Below, one piece after another: positions 59,952 to 64,000 of a stretch of DNA of 64,000 nt (its first letter is position 1; every line of letters starts with the position of its first letter). The translations under genes and the position numbers were made by a program. Origin of the DNA: Escherichia phage vB_EcoP_PE007; sequence record OQ938542.1; one strand, given 5' to 3'. Below the pieces are notes generated by a model that was not told the origin of the DNA, did not search any database, and worked only from the letters and a program-made list of their open reading frames with translations.

Positions 59952-60458
59952 TTATTCCTGTTCAAAAAGTTTACGGTCAGCCTGGATCTGTTTACCCAAC
60001 TCAATTAGTTGGCTGTCACGGAGTCTAACAGTTGCCCTGAGTTCTTCAACCAAACGTCTGCCTTCTTCAAGATTGTTGTCGAGTCTGGCTGCATGGCTTG
60101 CAAGACTTCTGCACTCAAAGGTTCCGGTTTCGGCTTGACGTTTATATACCGATGCTCGTCTTTCAGACTGTTGCATCCGGCTGTCATAATCACTGCTAAC
60201 GCGAGCAAGCTCGCTTGCGTAATTACTCTCAGCCGTCTGCAACCGGGAAGTGAGTAACCCGACTTCATAACTATGGTTTCTTTGGAGAGCATTGTATTTG
60301 TCCTGTAATTTTTGTGTTGCCTTTTGGTCTTCAACCTTTTGGGCATCCCACTTCTTTTGAACAGTAGACTGTCCGTTGGAATTACCCCAAAAGTAAATGG
60401 TGGCCCCGAGGACCACCACTAGAAGATAAGGCCAACCTTTAGAGATTAGCATCTTCAT
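59952..60458 (-). CDS. i-spanin (Rz-like)
   Basis: ATG 60458 with GGAGG RBS; N-terminal TM ([21 protein letters not shown]) then coiled-coil periplasmic domain; contains embedded lipoprotein ORF. Confidence 0.55.
   Translation of the reverse strand: MKMLISKGWPYLLVVVLGATIYFWGNSNGQSTVQKKWDAQKVEDQKATQKLQDKYNALQRNHSYEVGLLTSRLQTAESNYASELARVSSDYDSRMQQSERRASVYKRQAETGTFECRSLASHAARLDNNLEEGRRLVEELRATVRLRDSQLIELGKQIQADRKLFEQE
60005..60268 (-). CDS. o-spanin (Rz1-like lipoprotein) embedded in i-spanin gene
   Basis: alternate frame inside 59952-60458; signal peptide plus lipobox-like ...[12 protein letters not shown]; Pro-rich mature part. Confidence 0.5.
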   Translation of the reverse strand: MKSGYSLPGCRRLRVITQASLLALAVIMTAGCNSLKDEHRYINVKPKPEPLSAEVLQAMQPDSTTILKKADVWLKNSGQLLDSVTAN

Positions 60459-61074
60459 TACATGCCTCCAGTGGCACATTGCCTATTCGGTTAGCTATCC
60501 AACCATACGTAAAGTCTGGCATGTTTAATGAGGTGTAGTGGTTCAGTTGTTTAGCATCTAGTAACTTAATCATTACCCGACATGCTGCAACTTTGCCTCG
60601 TTTTTTCTGTAATGCTTTATATGCATTAACAGTACTTACACCGACTTTACCATCAACCTGTATTTTAGGGTAGTCTTTGCCATCACGGGACATTTCATTA
60701 AGAGATTGCTGTAACCACTTAGCCGGACGAGTTACACCAGTGTTAACACCGGCATCTACCAGCTTGTGTGTTACAGCAGGAGATATATCAGCGAAGGCTA
60801 CGAAGTTAGGCTTAAGTACGTAGTCATCGATGTATATCTCAGCAGCCATCTCTTTAGATAAACCCTTCATAGAACCATCCCAGCCGTACTCAGTAGCCAG
60901 AACTTCTTTATGGGATTTAGCTACAGATTGGGTAATTCCATGATTAGTTTCCCCACCTGGGTCACGAGGATTATTTACATAACCCCCTTCCATATAAAAC
61001 ACTGCCCCCAGGATAGCAGCGACAACTCCTCCCACTGCACCACCTTTCGCAGCAAGTTTCTGTTTAGCTTTCAT
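60439..61074 (-). CDS. endolysin, GH108 N-acetylmuramidase with N-terminal signal-anchor and C-terminal peptidoglycan-binding region
   Basis: 211 aa; EGGYVNNPRDPGGETNHGIT is the GH108 hallmark; N-terminal Gly/Ala-rich weak TM GGAVGGVVAAILGAVFY. Confidence 0.7.
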   Translation of the reverse strand: MKAKQKLAAKGGAVGGVVAAILGAVFYMEGGYVNNPRDPGGETNHGITQSVAKSHKEVLATEYGWDGSMKGLSKEMAAEIYIDDYVLKPNFVAFADISPAVTHKLVDAGVNTGVTRPAKWLQQSLNEMSRDGKDYPKIQVDGKVGVSTVNAYKALQKKRGKVAACRVMIKLLDAKQLNHYTSLNMPDFTYGWIANRIGNVPLEACNEDANL

Positions 61075-61324
61075 GTGAATCTTCCTTTGGTCGGAATCGT
61101 ATTAATCTGCCTATGATGTTTAAGGCAAACAGTGCGATTACAATATTGGAGCCATGGGGAATATCTTCCAGGATGTGACGAGGTAATCCTGTCAGCATTG
61201 GTTGAATGATATCTATGGCAGAAAACATAATTAACCCGAGCGTACTAATCTGGATGGATGCCCACTTCCAGCATCTTTTCCAGTTAGGTACTAGCTCTAC
61301 CTTTCTTTTTAGCCTGCGAACCAT
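61064..61324 (-). CDS. holin candidate (two TM segments)
   Basis: ATG 61324 with GGGAG RBS; 86 aa, two hydrophobic helices; overlaps endolysin start by 11 nt. Confidence 0.45.
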   Translation of the reverse strand: MVRRLKRKVELVPNWKRCWKWASIQISTLGLIMFSAIDIIQPMLTGLPRHILEDIPHGSNIVIALFALNIIGRLIRFRPKEDSHES

Positions 61325-61638
61325 GCGAATATCTCCCGTCTTGCAGCAGCCAATACACCAATAATTGCACCTGCCCCAGCCCACACCCACTTACCAAAAA
61401 TTCCAGCACCAACAACTTTATGCTTAATGGTGATGAACTCTTCAATAGTAGGTTCATTCTTAGCTAAGCTATCCTCCACATTCTTTAGTCTATTGCCTAT
61501 GTCATTTATTGAATCCCGTAGTTCTACCAGAGTTTCCTCCAGTTTCTCACGGTCCTGCCTGTCCCTTGTCTGGTTCTCAAACAGAGTCTTCAATCGTTCC
61601 TCCAGTCTGACTAGAAGCAGTTCGCCTGATTCGTTCAT
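61309..61638 (-). CDS. coiled-coil protein with C-terminal transmembrane anchor (lysis-associated?)
   Basis: 109 aa; helical N-terminal region, C-terminal GAGIFGKWVWAGAGAIIGVLAAA. Confidence 0.4.
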   Translation of the reverse strand: MNESGELLLVRLEERLKTLFENQTRDRQDREKLEETLVELRDSINDIGNRLKNVEDSLAKNEPTIEEFITIKHKVVGAGIFGKWVWAGAGAIIGVLAAARREIFAWFAG

Positions 61639-61854
61639 AGTATTACCGTAGTTGTGTAGTTAGAATCCCCAATAGGGTCGTATCATAAGATGACTCTTAG
61701 ATAATACTTAGTATGATGGGGTACATCCAGACATAGTGTCTGGTAGCAACCCATGGTGGATGGTATTTAGTTAGGTATGTTTAACATATCCGGGCAAGTA
61801 ATTACCCTAACAGCAGTATCGGTTAGGGTAATGCAAACAGTAAACTCTATATGA

Positions 61855-61878
61855 GAAAAGGCCCAAACTGGGCCTTAG
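61855..61878 (-). terminator. intrinsic terminator downstream of tailspike gene
   Basis: aaggccc-aaact-gggcctt stem with T-run on - strand. Confidence 0.6.
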
Positions 61879-61884
61879 TTTTAA

Positions 61885-63999
61885 TTAAATCAATCCATAA
61901 ACTGCATTGTGTATTACGACACCCCCAACAACTGAAGAAACATTAAAATTAATTTCAGCTTTGTAGGCTCCTTGTGGAACGCAATCCACCAAAGCATAAA
62001 AGTTGAACGTGTTTACCACTGGGATGATATATCCTATGGAATCCGCAACAGTATTTCCTTGCTGGTCCAGGAATCTAATTGACGCCAGGGTGGTTGTTGT
62101 ATTTTTAGCCCAAAAACCAAGCTGAAAATAACGACCCGGTTCACAATCAATGATTGTTTGGGTGAAGTTAGCTGCTGCATCTGCTGATGGTACAGATAAA
62201 ACAAAAGAAGTTGTAAACATTAAATTGTTAGGAACATCGTTTGCTGTAGTAGCAGTGACAACGCCTGTTCCAGTTTGCGAGAGTGTCCAGTTAGATGTGT
62301 TTTCAAACTGTCCTGAGCCATTGCTAATGCTATTAATATAAGGGCTTACAATGCTTCCTAGATTCCAGTTAGTTGTAATAAACCCTGCACGAGGGAAGCA
62401 CCCTCTGGACATTACTTTTTTGCTAGCGCCACCTATCAACTGTCTTGTAGCAAATCCAGTAGCAATCGTTGTGTTACCGTAGAGGGGCAATGAGCAGTTA
62501 TTTAAACTAACTACCCCGTCACCATTACTAACAATAGGCACTGTACTGTAGCCTTCCGGAAGCAGAATAGTAGAATCTTTAATACTGAGGCGTGAGCTTC
62601 CACTCACAGTAAAGCCTACAAAACTCTGCCCAGGTTGATACTCAATATTACCGTTAGCAAATACTAAGGTAGCATTACCACTTAATGCCACTACTGGATC
62701 GAAGTAGCCTGCCTTTTTACCTGCTGGTAATGAGCATGAATCAAAGATGAACTGCCCATTCTCAAATGTAAATGGACCCCCATTATCAACCATCCAGCAG
62801 TGGTTGAATTTTATAACCTCACCAGCATTAGCCGGGGAATTAAAGATTACAGAGTTAGTAAAACTGCGAGAAATGGTGCACTTATCAAACAGGATACGGT
62901 ATGCATTATCTTTAAACTCAATACCTGCGGTAGATATAAACCCGCAGTTAGATATACGTAATTCTGCTATCTCCCCTCCAGTACTACTGCCCAAGCACAT
63001 CTTTCGAGTACCTTTACCTACAAAGGAAATACCTGTTAATAGGGCAGTAGCATTAATGGCATCACGGGCTGTGTAATCTGTATTAGAATTGATTACGGTT
63101 AAGTAATACTCTCCTGTTACACCTTCCACTTCCGTAAGGGTACACTTATTGGCTCCTACTAAAGCCCCCTTAGATACATCCAGTACGATAGGTGTACTAA
63201 TAGTCCCTGATGTAGGTACAAGACAATCGTAACCGGCAGAGTTTACCTTGTTAATGAACGGAGCAATGTCCCCAGTACCAGTATAGCCTGCATCGTATAC
63301 CGTAGCAGTACCTTCAAAGAACTTACGCTTCCAGACCACACCTGCACCGGTGAAAGTTACAACTTCATCTACAGGAGTAGTATTAGGAACCGCAATCATA
63401 ATACCCCCACCAACGGAAGAACCTGAGTATGAATCTAGCATTACACTAGACCCTACTGTTGCTCCGACAGAGGCCAGGGCAGTTACGTCGGGTACACTAC
63501 CAATTAAAGTCATACCATCCTGAGATGCCAACTGAGCACGCAAATTAGGATCCGTTTGGGACTTCCAATCCGTGTTGCCAACAGGGTTGGCCCCTTCAAC
63601 AATAGTTACGGGTAGAGAACCTAAGTAGGTATAACCAATACCATTATGCATCAAAAGCTCATTTCGAGTATTTACTACTAAGCCCGTAGTAAATGAATCA
63701 GATAAGCATACAAACTCTCTACGTGCAGCAGCCAGTTCGCCTAAATCAATAGTACCAGCTGAATGAACCAGGACTGCGTGTTCGTTAAGACTAACAGCAG
63801 TAGTTCCTACCGGAAGTACAGGTAATGAGTAAGCACGTTGGGTAGCCTTATCATAAATTACTTTGTATCCACCCAAGTCCACACCTACAGAAAAATAAAC
63901 CACCTCATTCTGCTTAACACCAAACTTACGGGCAATGGCTTGCTTATTGGTAAGAATACCAGTGGAGCCTTTACCACCTTGGGAGAACATCTCGTTCAT
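61885..63999 (-). CDS. tailspike / receptor-binding protein with right-handed beta-helix (putative glycan depolymerase); start at window edge
   Basis: 704 aa; Gly/Ser/Thr/Asn/Val-rich repeats and NCGFISTAG...FDKCTISRSF...NHCWMVDNGG motifs typical of pectate-lyase-like beta-helix. Confidence 0.55.
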   Translation of the reverse strand: MNEMFSQGGKGSTGILTNKQAIARKFGVKQNEVVYFSVGVDLGGYKVIYDKATQRAYSLPVLPVGTTAVSLNEHAVLVHSAGTIDLGELAAARREFVCLSDSFTTGLVVNTRNELLMHNGIGYTYLGSLPVTIVEGANPVGNTDWKSQTDPNLRAQLASQDGMTLIGSVPDVTALASVGATVGSSVMLDSYSGSSVGGGIMIAVPNTTPVDEVVTFTGAGVVWKRKFFEGTATVYDAGYTGTGDIAPFINKVNSAGYDCLVPTSGTISTPIVLDVSKGALVGANKCTLTEVEGVTGEYYLTVINSNTDYTARDAINATALLTGISFVGKGTRKMCLGSSTGGEIAELRISNCGFISTAGIEFKDNAYRILFDKCTISRSFTNSVIFNSPANAGEVIKFNHCWMVDNGGPFTFENGQFIFDSCSLPAGKKAGYFDPVVALSGNATLVFANGNIEYQPGQSFVGFTVSGSSRLSIKDSTILLPEGYSTVPIVSNGDGVVSLNNCSLPLYGNTTIATGFATRQLIGGASKKVMSRGCFPRAGFITTNWNLGSIVSPYINSISNGSGQFENTSNWTLSQTGTGVVTATTANDVPNNLMFTTSFVLSVPSADAAANFTQTIIDCEPGRYFQLGFWAKNTTTTLASIRFLDQQGNTVADSIGYIIPVVNTFNFYALVDCVPQGAYKAEINFNVSSVVGGVVIHNAVYGLI

Positions 64000-64000
64000 A

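Noticed and set aside
1-64000. Integrase, transposase, IS element or prophage att sites
   Set aside because: No recombinase-like ORF or terminal inverted repeats seen; gene order is that of a lytic N4-like phage.

Overview
The window reads as a contiguous piece of an N4-like podophage genome (Schitoviridae-type organisation), called from gene order, sizes and motifs read by eye; no database search was possible. Positions 1-37267 are + strand: an early region of small ORFs (1-5930) with three hairpins of the 5-7 bp stem / 3-nt loop type known for N4 virion-RNAP promoters, then a middle region with a split T7-like RNA polymerase II, nucleotide-metabolism genes (dCTP deaminase, ThyX-like), rIIA/rIIB-like genes and a replication module (helicase, family A DNA polymerase, nuclease, primase-like, ATPase, SSB-like, RuvC-like). 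Positions 37301-63999 are - strand: a single 3584-codon virion RNA polymerase gene, virion proteins, major capsid, portal, a lysis cassette (embedded spanins, GH108 signal-anchored endolysin, holin) and a beta-helix tailspike at the window edge. The most unusual stretch is a ~1.85 kb ORF-poor, stem-loop-dense island (34102-35950) holding one canonical tRNA cloverleaf and one CCA-ending tRNA-like element; it is the best candidate for an undescribed structured RNA locus. Next to it is a gene whose C-terminal half resembles the DUF2829 (Tad2-like) anti-Thoeris sponge family. The early region also carries a SLOG/DUF2493-like and a DUF4326-like protein that may be further counter-defence candidates. 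Many intrinsic terminator hairpins punctuate the + strand. No CRISPR array, transposase or integrase was seen.
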